A stretch of 64,000 nucleotides of DNA from Trichosphaerium sp. ATCC 40318 (taxonomy: Eukaryota; Protista; Tubulinea). The DNA lies in contig JALMLS010000064.1 of assembly GCA_038496445.1 (NCBI GenBank), forward strand, positions 496,001 to 560,000, given 5' to 3'. This document shows positions 39,097 to 51,786 of this stretch, piece by piece. How positions within the stretch are numbered: the first letter of the stretch is position 1; each line of letters begins with the position of its first letter. Position numbers and translations under genes: made by a program. The notes below the pieces were generated by a model. That model saw only the letters and a program-made list of their open reading frames with translations. It ran no database searches and was not told the origin of the DNA.

Positions 39097-39773
39097 TTAC
39101 ATATTTATTCTCTCTATGTTTGGGGAATAGAACGATGCTTGGATTGTACCAAAAAAATGTACATCAGCTGAGGGACCACCTCCTGGAGGTAAACGACTTC
39201 CTATTCTTGCTGGAATGGATACAGTGTGATCACTTATACGTTGTCTTGTCTCACTAACTACTACTCCGTTTATCGAGAGGACCATTCTTCTTCTTTTACG
39301 CTCAAGTGTCACACGTGTATTTTCATTAAGCGGTAGAGGATCTGGTGTAGTTAACGCCGTTCCATATCCTGCAGGGTCTAGAGAAAATCCGAATCCTCGA
39401 CCGCCCTCTATGTTCAAACCGAATACAGCAATGTGACCTGTAAAAATCACGTGTTAGCGAACTGCCGAGCGCTCAATATAATTTCTTACCGTCGGCATGC
39501 ATTTGAACACGAAATTGGTTTTCAGCTACTCCAGAACTTACACAAGCGTCAGTGGTGAAGATGAATTCTAAAGAATAAGAGAGTACCTATCATAGCCAAC
39601 CAGGGTTGAGAACGCATACTGAGTTGGATGTACAAGAAGGTCAAAAACGAAGTCATATTTGCCAATATTAAGAATCTGCTCTGATACAACGCCTTGAGTG
39701 TATCTGAAGGAGTACGTTGAGTTTCAAAGATGTAACTTGGTACGTACGCTGGAAATACGGTAAATGTTGCCAT
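39097..39773 (-). CDS. Single concanavalin A/LamG-like domain protein
   Basis: Four exons; DFVFDLLVHP..QFRVQMHADGHIAVF..LPLNENTRVTLERK..VLSINGVVV..ARIGSR..FFGTI. Start codon tentative. Confidence 0.65.
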
Positions 39774-40777
39774 TGTGGCTTGTGTCGAAACACATGTTGT
39801 GAAGCAACAGTAACAAGCACACGCTAAAAAAACATCCTTTGAACGCTAACATATGTGTTGCTCTTATGGTTTGCTTTTATTTGTATGTTTTGGCAGTAAT
39901 TTCATTAAGTCACGTGGGATCTGTAGTTTTGTAGTAAACACAATGTCAGTACTCTTCGGCAACCAATTTACTACGAAAATGACTTAAAATTAGTAGTGGT
40001 ACCGTTTTACTACATGATTCAAACTGTCAGTACTCTGTAAGATACGGAAAATACTAAAATTTATCTGAGCAGAAATCGGTGCTAAACCTTTTATCTATAC
40101 TGCGGGATCAGGTGTGGCACGTACCAAGTACACTCATCTAAGTACCACTTGTTGAAGATCAGTAAAAAAAAAAGTCGATTTATAACATGTTAATGGAGCT
40201 GTATGACGCTGTACCATGCCGTTATTGTAAGTAGCGGATTTTTGTTTGGATCACTTCTCTTACAAGCCAACGCACTCACATAATACCAAAACCATATCAG
40301 AACATTGCTAGCAAACGAAATCGTAGCGGAGCTACAGTTAACGAATGTGGCGAAGTTGTGATAACGATGATGGCGATACAGATGATGCTAACATGCATTG
40401 AAGACAGCCATATATAAGAGCTTACAGGAGTCCATAGACTCGTTAGAATTTAAGAGTCCCGATTCATACAGAATGCCAACAGCCTAAGAGAGATAAGACC
40501 TTTATAAACAAAAACCATATAGACTTTTAAGTCATTCACCACCGGTGCTTTCTAAAGCCTTTTCGATTATGCTGCAGAGGCACTACGCTCATTAATACCA
40601 GTATCAAGCTGTCTGGAAGATCCGGGGTTGGGTAATTATTATATCCGAAATAATTTCGGCGGTATTGGCGGAACGCGGAAATTTCGCGGTTTTTTGACTT
40701 TTTTTGTGTGGTAGCAAAACAAGAAGGTGACCAAACAAGCAACAGCTTGTCTATATTGTATTCAAAAAGCATATAAT

Positions 40778-42749
40778 ATGGCCCAAACATCAGTACGTGA
40801 TAGAAAACAACTATTTCTCCTTGCTTTTCGCTTTTTCGCTCTTTTTCGTTGTTTTAACGAAAGAATTGAACGTATGAGCATGGAATTTACGATTTCAGAA
40901 TATGATTCCCATAAATTCTAATCATTTTATTCAACAGAGCAGAAAAAAAGTTGTCATTCTTGGCGGTGGCTTTGGAGGACATACTTTAGCAATTAAGTTG
41001 AGGAAATATGATAACTTGGAAGTCACATTGATAGATAAAAGAACCAGCGGAGAATGTAATATATACCTAACGAGGTATGTAACTAATTGGTTTTTCCTTC
41101 AACAGTCGAAAATTGTTTTGGTTGATTCTTTCTTTGCAGGGCACTAGTCCAACCAGAGCGTTATGATACAATATCCATACCACATAACAATGTTTGGTGT
41201 CACGAAATCATAACAGGTTTAGTATCCGAGGTCCAACATGATAAGGTATACTCGCCAAGTGATGGCTTACGTTTTTTTTGTGTGTAAAGTATTAACGACC
41301 AGAAAATAGGTTATCCTTCAAGACAGTACAGAAGTATCATTTGACTACCTTGTTATTGCAACAGGTGCTAGATATCCAAACTTAGAGGTTAGGCAACGTA
41401 ATGTCATTTAAATTACTAAGTTGCTTTCGAAGAAGCAGGCCAAGGCTAAAAAAAGTAAGAAAAAAAAAGGAAGCAGCAAAGAAGCTATAACAGAACCTAC
41501 CAAAGATGACGATTCAGAACCTCAAAAAGTTGCCTCAACAGGAGATCGTAAAGCTATGGTAATTAACGAAGCTTTGGCTTTGAAAAAATCAAACACTATA
41601 GCCATCGTTGGAGGAGGTAAAGCGCTTAAAAAACCTCACATACAACTAAACACATGTTAGGGTTTGTTGGTGTTGAACTCGCTGGAGAGATAATAGCAAG
41701 ATATCCGAATAAAGAAGTAACAATATATACAAATGCTAGTACACTACTACCTACTGGAACAAAAAAAGGTATAGAACGTTGTACACACTGGCTAAAATCA
41801 AGAAATGTTGGAATTGTGTATCAAACAAAAGTTACAAACATCAAAAGAAAAAAGAACGGCAAATTCTCGCTGACTATCGATGAAGACAGTAAGTACCAAG
41901 TGAATTATAAGCTAAGGTATCATCAGCACTAACAAATATCTTTATAGGTGACCCTATCGAAGTAGATCGCTACTACACTTGTTTTGGTGTAACACCAAAC
42001 ACAGATTTTATGAAACAAAATTTCAGCGATAAATTAGAACCACGAGGCTACATAAAGGTAAGCAAAACACGCCTCACAACAGATTTTGTTGAGAAAGCAT
42101 ACAAGAAAATCGAGTACTCTAGGAGCTGACTTTTTCCAAGGTTGACGAAACACTGTTACTTGAGGGATCAAAGAATATATTCGCTTTCGGAGATTGTATG
42201 AATGGAAATAACTTAAAGACAGCATACGGTGCAAAACTTCAAGCACCTCACGTTGCAGAAAACATTATAAGAAGTGCCACAGGAAAACCACTTAAAAAAT
42301 GGAAAGTTCCAGATAATCCAATCATACTATCCTTAGGCACGTGTTTTTTCCTCTGCACTAAAATCTATCGATTCTCGAGTAGCACGAGTAAATATCGCAT
42401 ATCTACGCGTAGAGGCCTCGCGTAGATGTAAAACTATTCTCACTAATTTCCGATGGAATTTACAAACAAAAGGTTGACTTAATAATGATTTCCAATAGGT
42501 TTAAATGCTGGTGTTTTTATGGTAAAAGGAACAACTTTTGCTTATTCTCTAGCACCATTTCTTAAAAAACAGTTTGAAGGAAAGCTACTCAAGGAATTTG
42601 GTCAAACAACAGCCGAGACAAAAAAGTTAAGTGGATTTAATAAATCGCTAAAGGACGCTATGGCAAACAATAAAAAGCAACCTCAAAAAGAAGAAGACGA
42701 AGAAGAAGATGACTATGATCCTAACATCATATTCACATGGAGGGATTAA
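40778..42749 (+). CDS. AIFM2/FSP1-like FAD/NAD(P)H oxidoreductase
   Basis: VVILGGGFGG, VTLID, FDYLVIATG, IAIVGGGFVGVELAGEI, PNTDF, GYIKVDETL, IFAFGD, AKLQAPHVAENI. Confidence 0.88.
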
Positions 42750-43763
42750 AATGTAACTAACAAATAAAACAAACCCTTGACACTACGCAGTGATTAATTT
42801 TTGAACTTAAATTTCACATTTGAAATAAAAATCTTGTTCACTGTTTTTTTTGGGTTTGTCTCCTTGTATGTTACCTTCATTGTATGTTTATCGTCTCAAC
42901 AATAATCTACACCAACTATGTTATTTTGTTATTCGTTGAAATGTTCAATTGAAACGCACGTGACACCAGAATGTTATTCTTGATTTTATCCTTTTTTTTT
43001 TTGAACATCAATTTTTTGCAAAAACAAACCTCGAGCCTGGATGGGTTAACAGACTCGAGATATGATTTAGCAGTGATGGAAAATATAGATTGTTATCTCG
43101 TTTGTCTCCATAAAAGTCTAAAATGTTCTTTAATGACAGCCAAACTAATCATAAGGTTCGAAAACTGAACCACTTGCCAAAAAAAGAGGAAAAAAAATAA
43201 GAACAAGAAATCGACGGAAATGCACTCTTTGTTATTAGGAGAGGTGGACAAGTGTTGGGTTTGTTGACGTCTGAATTAATCGATCAATTACGGTGCAGTG
43301 AATAGGAATAAGCCAAGATACACTAGTAACGTGATAAGCAACAATCAAGTTGTTCCTTTTTTTCTTGATTTTTTTTTTCCGTTTTTCGTTCACTTAACGT
43401 ACTTTGCGTTGGTCGGTGACAAATGTGATGTTGTGTGAACGGACGGCGAAGTGAGGTGTTTGACATTTCGTATATTTACATTGTGTGTTTGTTTTGCCAA
43501 GAATCAGGGACCACAACCTTCCGCAGGGTGGTTGATATGTACATGTGTTTTTTGTTGGGTAGTTTTTAATCGTTTTTGTGGGCAGGGTTTGAGTTCAGAC
43601 ATTCTGTAACTCTTATATTTTATCTCCCTGCAACCACTAGTAAAACGGGTTGTAACAACACCAATAGAGATAGGCAAGACGTCGTTTAGTTAGACGCGAG
43701 ATGCAAAAAATGACAAAAAAAGCCGGAAAAAAAAATCTAACTGTCAATCAATATGTGATTGCA

Positions 43764-46700
43764 TTATCGCTTGCGTTCCATCATCACATGCCGATACAAG
43801 CGTTCCAAGTCCATTGTATTGGCAATCTTATAGTAAGGAATTTTCATCTACACAGACATCAACAACACGAAGAGGCAAAGAGAGGAACCGAAGCGAAGTT
43901 TTGAAAAAAAAAAAAGGGCGAAAAAAAAATATGCAAAAAAAAAAAGGAGAGTAAGTAAGAAACATCTCCAAGGATCAGCTCTGGCCATTACATTACAATA
44001 CTTATTTCTTTTTTTTACAGTATCACCCAAAAAAACCCTGCCAAGGTCGACATATCGAGCTCAAAGAGTTGTTGTAGTACCTTTTTAGCAACTTCCTCTT
44101 CTTCAGGACCATTACCAATAGCAATCCATTTTTTAATTCTCTCATGCCCTTTCATAACTCTTTCAAAACATTGTTGCTTATTACACCCTAAAAAAACCAC
44201 CTCATAAGCAACAAAACCTTTTCAGAACCATAAAAAAAAAAAGAAAAAAAAGAAAAGAAGAAAGATCATCAAACCTTTTGGAGAAGCACTCAACACATTA
44301 TCTAGAGGTACAACCTCAGTAAAATCAAAAAGTACAAGCTTAGTTAAAGCAGGTATCAAGTGACTTGCGGTAACTACTGAATGAAGTACGCTGCATAGAA
44401 AGATTAGTGACAACAAAAAAACTAGCTAAAATAAAATAAGCTGTACGTACCGTTTCTCTCTTAACTTGGTAAGTATCTCACGTATTTTCTTTGACCAGCC
44501 ACCCGTAGTTTTAGAAATATCATCTAAGGTGTCTTTTATAACTTCCATCTTTCGTATCTTTGCAAGTTCATCTGTCTAAACCGAAGAAAAAACATTAGTA
44601 AGATCGACATTGCAAAAAACTAAACACAATAAACTATCTGTGTGATCACAACGTACGTCTTTCCAAAGTGCACGTATTTGACGCATTCTATATGCTGCAT
44701 CAAGAGCAGTAGGTGGTTTATCTTCAGTGAACTTTGCTCTGAAATCATAACTAAAAGAAAGTCAGCCAAAAAACAACAACAACAAATAATCTATCAACGT
44801 ACTTTACAACACTAGCTCCATCATCTGCAGCCAAGTACTCCTTTGCAGAAGAAAGGCCACCATCCCCTTTAAACGTATCCAAGTTCTTGTAAAACAATTT
44901 AGTGTTAGCAACACTTGTTATCAAGTTAATGATAATATCATCTTGTATACGTGGTTCTTTATCATGTTGAATACAAAAGTCTTGATACTTAGTAGCAATT
45001 ATCATTGTTTCATCCAAATCCCAAAGAACACCAATACTCCCTTTAGAACTAAAAGAAGGAAGACATTGATTTGTTCGACAAAGTTCACGCTTTGGTTCTG
45101 GAGGAGGTGGTTGTGTTGGCTGTTTTGGTTTATCTGTTTTAGCTTCCTGATTCTTGACACCATTTGCTTTCTTATCGCTTGCTGGGTCCTCATCAGATTT
45201 CTTTTCAGGCAGTAAGCTTGGATCACGTTCAGGAGTCTTGATATCTCTTTCATTTCTTTCTTTACTTCTATCACGTCGTTGTCCATCATTCTTGGCATCT
45301 CTTCTACCTGAGCGCCCATCTCGTGAACGCTTAGAATCTTTACGACGGTCTCGAGAACGTCGAGAGTGTTTGCTGCGCCTTCGACGCTTTGGGGACCTAC
45401 AACAGTTGTCAATAAATGGAACAAATAAGTTAATGCAATTAGTACCTGCTAGGAGAACGTGTGCGAGAACTAGAACGGTGTCGCTTTGTGCCTCGTTTAG
45501 GAGACTTAGAGTAAGACCCAGAATAAGACCTAGACGAGGAAGATCTTGACCGGTGCTTGTGACGCTTACGAGAGCGTGATCTTGGTGTTCGGTAGCGTTC
45601 TCTACTGCGAGAGCGCCTATGCTTCCTGCCTCGGGAGCTAGATCGCTTGCGACGCCTTGATTTATCACCTCGCCTTGGCGATTGTCGCCGTGGAGGCGTC
45701 CTACCGCGTCTTGGAGAATCTCGTCGTCTTCCAGGTGAATTACGCCTAGGTGGCGTGCGTGGGGATCGAGACGATTTCCGGGATTGCCTTCGTTTCTGTG
45801 GTGAACCTCGTGAGTTTTTCACGTGTCGCCGTGGAGACCTACAAACGAATATTAGAAGGATTTAAGGAATATTAGTTGATAAACGTACGATGATCTTCGT
45901 GAGTCACGCTTGTGCCCATTTCGTTGTCTATTGGTGTCATTCGTACTAATAGAACATTAGTCTCAGGCTTAAAAAGCTGGCAAGATGACTTACGTTCTCC
46001 TTCGCTTGTTTGGACCTTCTCGGTCACTATTTACATCTCTGCGACGTTTACCATCTGAATGCGATTCTAAAGAATTTCCATTGCGCCTGCCAGTGACAGT
46101 AAGGAAAACACGTTTTTTTTTTGGATTTGTCTCGTACAGTTTTTTTGTCTCCGGTGGCGGTGGAGGTTTAGGTTTATGTAGTTGGCCGTTGGCCTTGGGT
46201 TTAGGTGGTTCTGGAGGGCACGGTTCGGATACACTTTCAGCCTTGAAATGACGGTTAGGGAAAAAATCGCCGACGGGTTTTTTCAAAGACGAAACGACGT
46301 ACTTGTTTGTTTCCGTTGTAACGCACTATTTGTTTCACTTCTTCATCAGTTATTGCAGCCCAAGCTTCAGAAAATTCAACGTTTGTTTGAACTTTTCTCT
46401 CCAATTTATTCCATGTACAAACCTCACCTATTGGGCGTAAGGTTTTTTCCAAACGGATGTTTTTTTCCTTTGTGATGGTTAGTTATTGAGTTAACAAAAA
46501 AAAATAGCGCTGGGTAATACTATGAGGTTTTAGACGTAATTTTACGTACTATTCTACGATGTTGTTGTATTTCGTGCAAAGCTTTCTTGAACTCTGGGTT
46601 AGTCTTCCAATTTTTATCGGAAGGCTCTATTGCCCATGCCGGTATGCTTGCAGCGCGTCTTGGTAAAAGAGTGAATAAACCAAATTAGCAAAAAACAACT

Positions 46701-47204
46701 GCTAACCTTCGCTCTGCGTCTATCTCGGCGTCTACTGCCTTTAATTTGTCCATGCCAGCTTTGATGACTTCTGGTTTTAAAATCGCTCGTTGCTCCCAAA
46801 TGTTTAACACTTTGGTAGCTACTTTAAACTGCGACTCCTTGTACATGTTGTTTGGAATCAACAAATCAAGGACCGCCAAGATCGATGCCTCATCTATGAG
46901 AGGCGCTAAAATGTTCTTTCCGCTGTGCTTGAGGGAAATTTGGCATATAGAGTCGATGAGGTAAAAGAAACAAGTTCGTTCTGCTTTTGCTTTGATTTCT
47001 TCTCTCTAGTGACATTTAGATGTTATTAAAATGGTGTAGAACAACCTGTCCCATCGCCTCTATAATTTGCCCATACAAATCACCAACGAGAGCTTTGTTT
47101 TTTAGCACAAATTGCGTTGCACCATTGATAGCTTCCTTAGAGTGGTCCAGCTTCTCCAGCAGGTTGTTAAAAGAGTCGTACACTGCGCTATCATCATCAG
47201 ACAT
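43764..47204 (-). CDS. EYA: Eyes-absent (EYA) HAD phosphatase with N-terminal CID/Ctk3-like domain and RS-rich region
   Basis: All exons splice in one frame. CID-like LEKLDHSKEAINGATQF..FYLIDSICQ..KVLNIWEQR; RS/SP repeats; EYA motifs LWDLDETMII, AYRMRQI, TGGW, VVTASHLIPALTKLVLF, K..CFERV, IAIGNGPEEEEVAKK, PYYKIANTMDL. Confidence 0.85.
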
Positions 47205-47694
47205 GCTAGGAGCTTTTTATAAGTCGGATAAATAAATATAGTGGACAAACTTACCGAAATATCGATTAATGATGCGTGTGAAATATCCTTGATGCGTGGT
47301 AGCTTCGTAGCATTCCAATTTAGAAACTATAGAAAATAATGGACTTGTACTAGGCCGAATTTCGGCGACATTATAATTATTACATTGGCCACGTATTTGA
47401 TGCCCTTGTGAAGTGAGCGTTTTGTACGTTTTGCTCTGTATTGTTAGTTTGTTTCACTTTTGAGTTATCGTTAGACTTTATATATCACAATACGCCTCAC
47501 GCATTCAACAAGACCACTAAATAGCAGTATTAGACGTGCTAGTTGACGAGTGATCATAACAACTTAAAAAAAAGTACAACATAAGCTTCAACGCGCTGCC
47601 TTTAATGCTGCGGAAAGGTTTTAAGTAAGTCAGGATTATCCAACAGAGGGTCAAGTACACCAAGGTACAGTCACGCTAATAGAGCATTAGGGTG

Positions 47695-50600
47695 ATGAGT
47701 GATTTGTTATGGGGTGTCAGTGGCGCCGAATGTACATAATTACATCATTATACCTTCTAACAAGTCCTAGCCGATTTTGACACAGATAGCCTCATTGTGG
47801 ACGATAACTTGTCTCCTTTGGAACGCGTTAAGAAATACATATCTTCTGAATTAGTACTTCACAGGTATTTACTACGCTGTAATTAGCTATTTTAATGACG
47901 ATGGTCTAATTTTATAAGCTATTGATCTTATTCGTCTGTAGATTGTACTCTGTTAAAGAAATTAGCGAAGCAGCGACATCAATACCATTCGATGATATTT
48001 GCGAACATATACTACCTCTCCTACACGAACTTAGGGTATTAATACAAAAAAACCCAAAGCCCTTTTGTAACATTTTTTTTTCTACTTCTAAAAGAGCTAT
48101 ATATCGCTCCATATTGACCTAATGTAGATGGACGGTGAACCTGTTATACGTCAAGCGCTTGTTGAGCAGATGGGAGCTTTATCATTAACTCTTTTGTCTC
48201 ATGGCAAGAATGGCTATGAAAAGATACTACACCAACTACTACCTATTGTAGCGGGTTCAACAACAGATACAAACCAGCAGGTATGTCAATGAAATGTTTT
48301 TTTTTGTTTTTCTTTTATCTGTACTAAATATCGGCGAAAAGGTGCGACAGAGTGCTGCTGAGTGTTTATTAGTCATTGCCAGGGCTCTAGAGCAAGGTGA
48401 TGTACTTCCACATGTATTTCCAATCGTCAAGAGCCTAGCAAAAGACGGAACAGAAGAGGAACACCGCGTGGAAGCTGCTGAGGTGCAAATCAGTTTTTTT
48501 GGATTGTTTTGGAAAAATCAAGCAAAATATCACTTCAAGGTCATTTTTGCTCACGTCATTGTAGCTCATGAATGTCATGGCTCCTTTAGTTACCAAGGAA
48601 GTATGCTTGAACTACTATGTGCCACACGTTCAAAATTTAAGTCGTGATTCTACCTTTCGAGTTAGAAAGGCTGTAGCAGCGAACACAAGTAGTATTTGCG
48701 CTGTTTTAGGTCCAGAAAAATCAAGCGAGTTAATTGTAAGTCCTGTAGCCTCCTTTTTTGTATTTTACATAAGTTGTTCGAAATTACCCTTGACAGATTC
48801 TCATTCGTCTTTCTTTAGCTCCCACTGTTTATAGTTCTTTCTGGTGATGAGATTTGGGGCGTGCGTAAAGCCTGTGCAGAGAGCTTAGTTCCAATGGCAA
48901 AACGTATTACAACAGAGACACGCGCAAACGAACTAGTACAAGTATTTGAGAAATTAGCATCAGATGTATGTTGTTTGCTTTATCTTAGTTCTCACTTATC
49001 ACTTATTTTCCATAGTCTTCTTTATGGGTTCGTGGTGCTGCTTTTCAATCCTTAGGACCTTTCATTGCGACGTTCGATGATGGAAACGTACGTACAATGT
49101 TGCTCTTTCTTGAACTAAGTTTCAATCCTTGTCATCTGTATTTTGCGCTTTGCGCACTAGTACTTGCTTGCTTGCTACAAAATATACTTATTTTTGGTGA
49201 CACTAGGTGGCTGCATCCTTGTTAGATCTTTATAAAGGAATGGTTATTGAAACAAATGAGACTAGGTTTGGTGATAGCGACAATATTGCTTATTGCGCCT
49301 ATAACTTCCCTGCTGTATTATATACCCTTGGAAAAGATCGTTGGTCTGATCTGAGTGATACTTATCAAATGTTATTGACAGATGCACAGGTAAAACAAAA
49401 GCATGAAATGACTACAACGGAGATAGGAAATATTTCCTCGTTGTGATTCTTTTTTTCTGATTATATTGCAAATCTTTTAGCTTACCTTTTTACCTTCTAG
49501 TGGAAAGTAAGGCGTACATTATCGTTCTCTCTTCATGAAGTAGCACGTATTCTTGGTCCAGAATTAACAGAGTCAGGTATAAAGCTTTTTTCTTTCAAGA
49601 TATAGGATGATCCATGTGAACTTACAAATGAATAATAGATTTATTGCCTACGTTTGATTTATTCTTAAAAGACCATGATGAGGTTAAAATTGGAGTTTTA
49701 ACACATTTATCAAAGTTTTTAACAATTTTACGTCCTGAACTAAGAGTGCAGTACATTGGTAAGGATCCTTTGTACTTTGTTTTTTCTCTTTTCACTGAAC
49801 AAGATTTTAAAAAAAATGTTGATTGCTCTCTTCTCTTCCTGCTTTTTTGTTAACCAACTTGAAATAGAAATACTGCATGTTGTAAATGATACAGACGTTA
49901 ACTGGCGTTTCAGAAAAATAATTGCTGAGTAAGATAAACGCGTATTTGAAAAAAATTTAAAAATTCCTAACGATGCAATTTAGACAAATGGGTGCTTTTT
50001 CGACTCTTTTTGAGCAATCTACAGTCGTTGATTGTATATGTCCTTTAATTGTAGTAATACTTGGAGATCCAGCAGCTGCAGTACGCACAAGTCTTCTCCC
50101 ACAGGTAAACCAAAACCAACAAAATTTTTTATTTGAACCTTACGCTTTCACCTCAAGATTGGCATTATCCTTGAATCATTAAAATCCAACACAGAAGCTT
50201 ATGAAGCCCTTATAACTAAACTTAAACTTTTGCCAACGGTGGATTCATACCAGGTACCTCACAAGACTGAAATTGTATTTTTTTTTGAACCTTTGTTTGA
50301 TTGATTTTTTTTTGTAGGATCGTCTGTTGTTTGCAAAAATGTGTGCACACATTGTTGATGTTATTCCGAAGGATGACTTCATCAAATTTTTCTTAGATAC
50401 TCTTGTTGAATTGAGTAATGATAAAGTGCCAAATGTAAGAATAGCTACAGCAAAGGTTCTTGAAAAGATTAACAGAATGGGTACGTTTATCTAAATCCAA
50501 AACAATTTTCTTGAACATTTCAAAAAAAACCACTTGATTAAAAATCAGTTGCTGTTTCGTTAAAATTATAGTATTACATAAAATATACAATATTATTAGA

Positions 50601-51411
50601 AGCATCTCCAAAATAAACTTACAAAAAATATTATTTCTGGAGTGTTTTATTTAAACATGTAAAGTGTAATCTAAATTTTTTCTTTGAAATAGGTTTTGAT
50701 GTCTCTACGCATTTGGAGGTTCTCAAGAATGATAAAGATCGGGATGTTAAATTTTTTGCATGTGGTGGTAATGGCGAGGTGGTAACACCTGTTACAACTA
50801 CAACAGTTGCACCAGTTTCCCTTGTTGGTACTGTGGCAACAGGAGAAAAAGACGATTCTACACTTGATACAGAACCAAAACTCGTTTCACAGCCTTTCAG
50901 CAACGTACCAAGTACAATGCCCGGCGATGTTATATTCTCATCAGAAAATATCACTGAAGACACAGTAACATCAACAGAACCTGTACAAGATGAAAAAGAG
51001 GAAGACAAACCCCTACAAACAGAAGAAAGCGAAGAAATGGATACAGAAATTCAAGTTATTCCAATAAGTAAAACAGTTACAACACCAGTTGATGAATCAA
51101 AGCCTGAAGAGGTAGAAGAGGATACCATGATGGCTGCTGTAGCAGATGAAGTAACCATAGAACAACCTGTAGTAACCGAAGAGAGCGATGATGGCGACAA
51201 AGAAAACGACGACGTTGAAGATATCGAAAGCGTTGATACTGCTTCAAATGAAGTAGAAGACAACGTTCCTGAAGATGATCAACAAACTAAACCTCAAGAA
51301 GATGAGGAAGAACAAGAAAAACTTGTTTTGAATGGTACAAGTGAAGAATCAACAGGAGAAGAGGAAGAAACACTGATTAATGAAAATGTTTCTTCAGACA
51401 TAAATTTTTAA
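47695..51411 (+). CDS. PPP4R1: Protein phosphatase 4 regulatory subunit 1 (HEAT repeats) with acidic tail
   Basis: DDNLSPLERVKKY, DSTFRVRKAVA, DEIWGVRKACAE, LGPFIATF, YCAYNFPAVLYTLG, QWKVRRTLSFSLHEVA, NWRFR, DKVPNVR. Confidence 0.9.
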
Positions 51412-51786
51412 GCAATAAAAAAAAACTTTACCAGGGCATTTTCTATGCATAAAATAGAGCGTATGAAGTAATACCTCCTTCATACGAGCGTAATTTCAGG
51501 GATCAGACAAAAGGTATGAACATATTCTTTATTTACAGAATGGAGTGCTACAAACGCAAAGTGAAGTTCATACGTGGCCCGTTTATAACTTTTCGACGCC
51601 AGTACGCTTTCTGGCAACAAATAACGCGCAATTCATACAAAAATTGCTGTTGATTTCTCTCCGGGTCTGGTCCATTCGTTTTTTGTTAGTATTTAGGGTC
51701 AAGTCAAAAAAATCTCTCAGAGACTTTGTTCGAATTTAACCAGTTTTCTATACTTTCCAACAATTCACCTGAAGCGCACCTCTTCA

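Noticed and set aside
39940-40620. Possible small spliced gene between the LamG and AIFM2-like genes
   Set aside because: Splice-like signals exist on both strands, but I could not assemble a consistent open frame; left uncalled.
41100-41145. Apparent in-frame TGA (possible selenocysteine or readthrough) in the AIFM2-like gene
   Set aside because: The intron GTATGT(41075)...TTTGCAG(41139) removes it and gives ECNIYLTRALVQP in frame; no recoding is needed.
45154-45865. Long plus-strand ORFs opposite the RS region (similarly 978-1316, 18818-19294, 32311-32889, 33601-34056, 50631-51008)
   Set aside because: Antisense shadows of low-complexity coding exons; no independent domain or splice signals.
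47281-47292. ATATCCTT U12-type (AT-AC) donor-like sequence
   Set aside because: It lies in the EYA/PP4R1 intergenic region with no matching U12 branch site or acceptor and no exon context.
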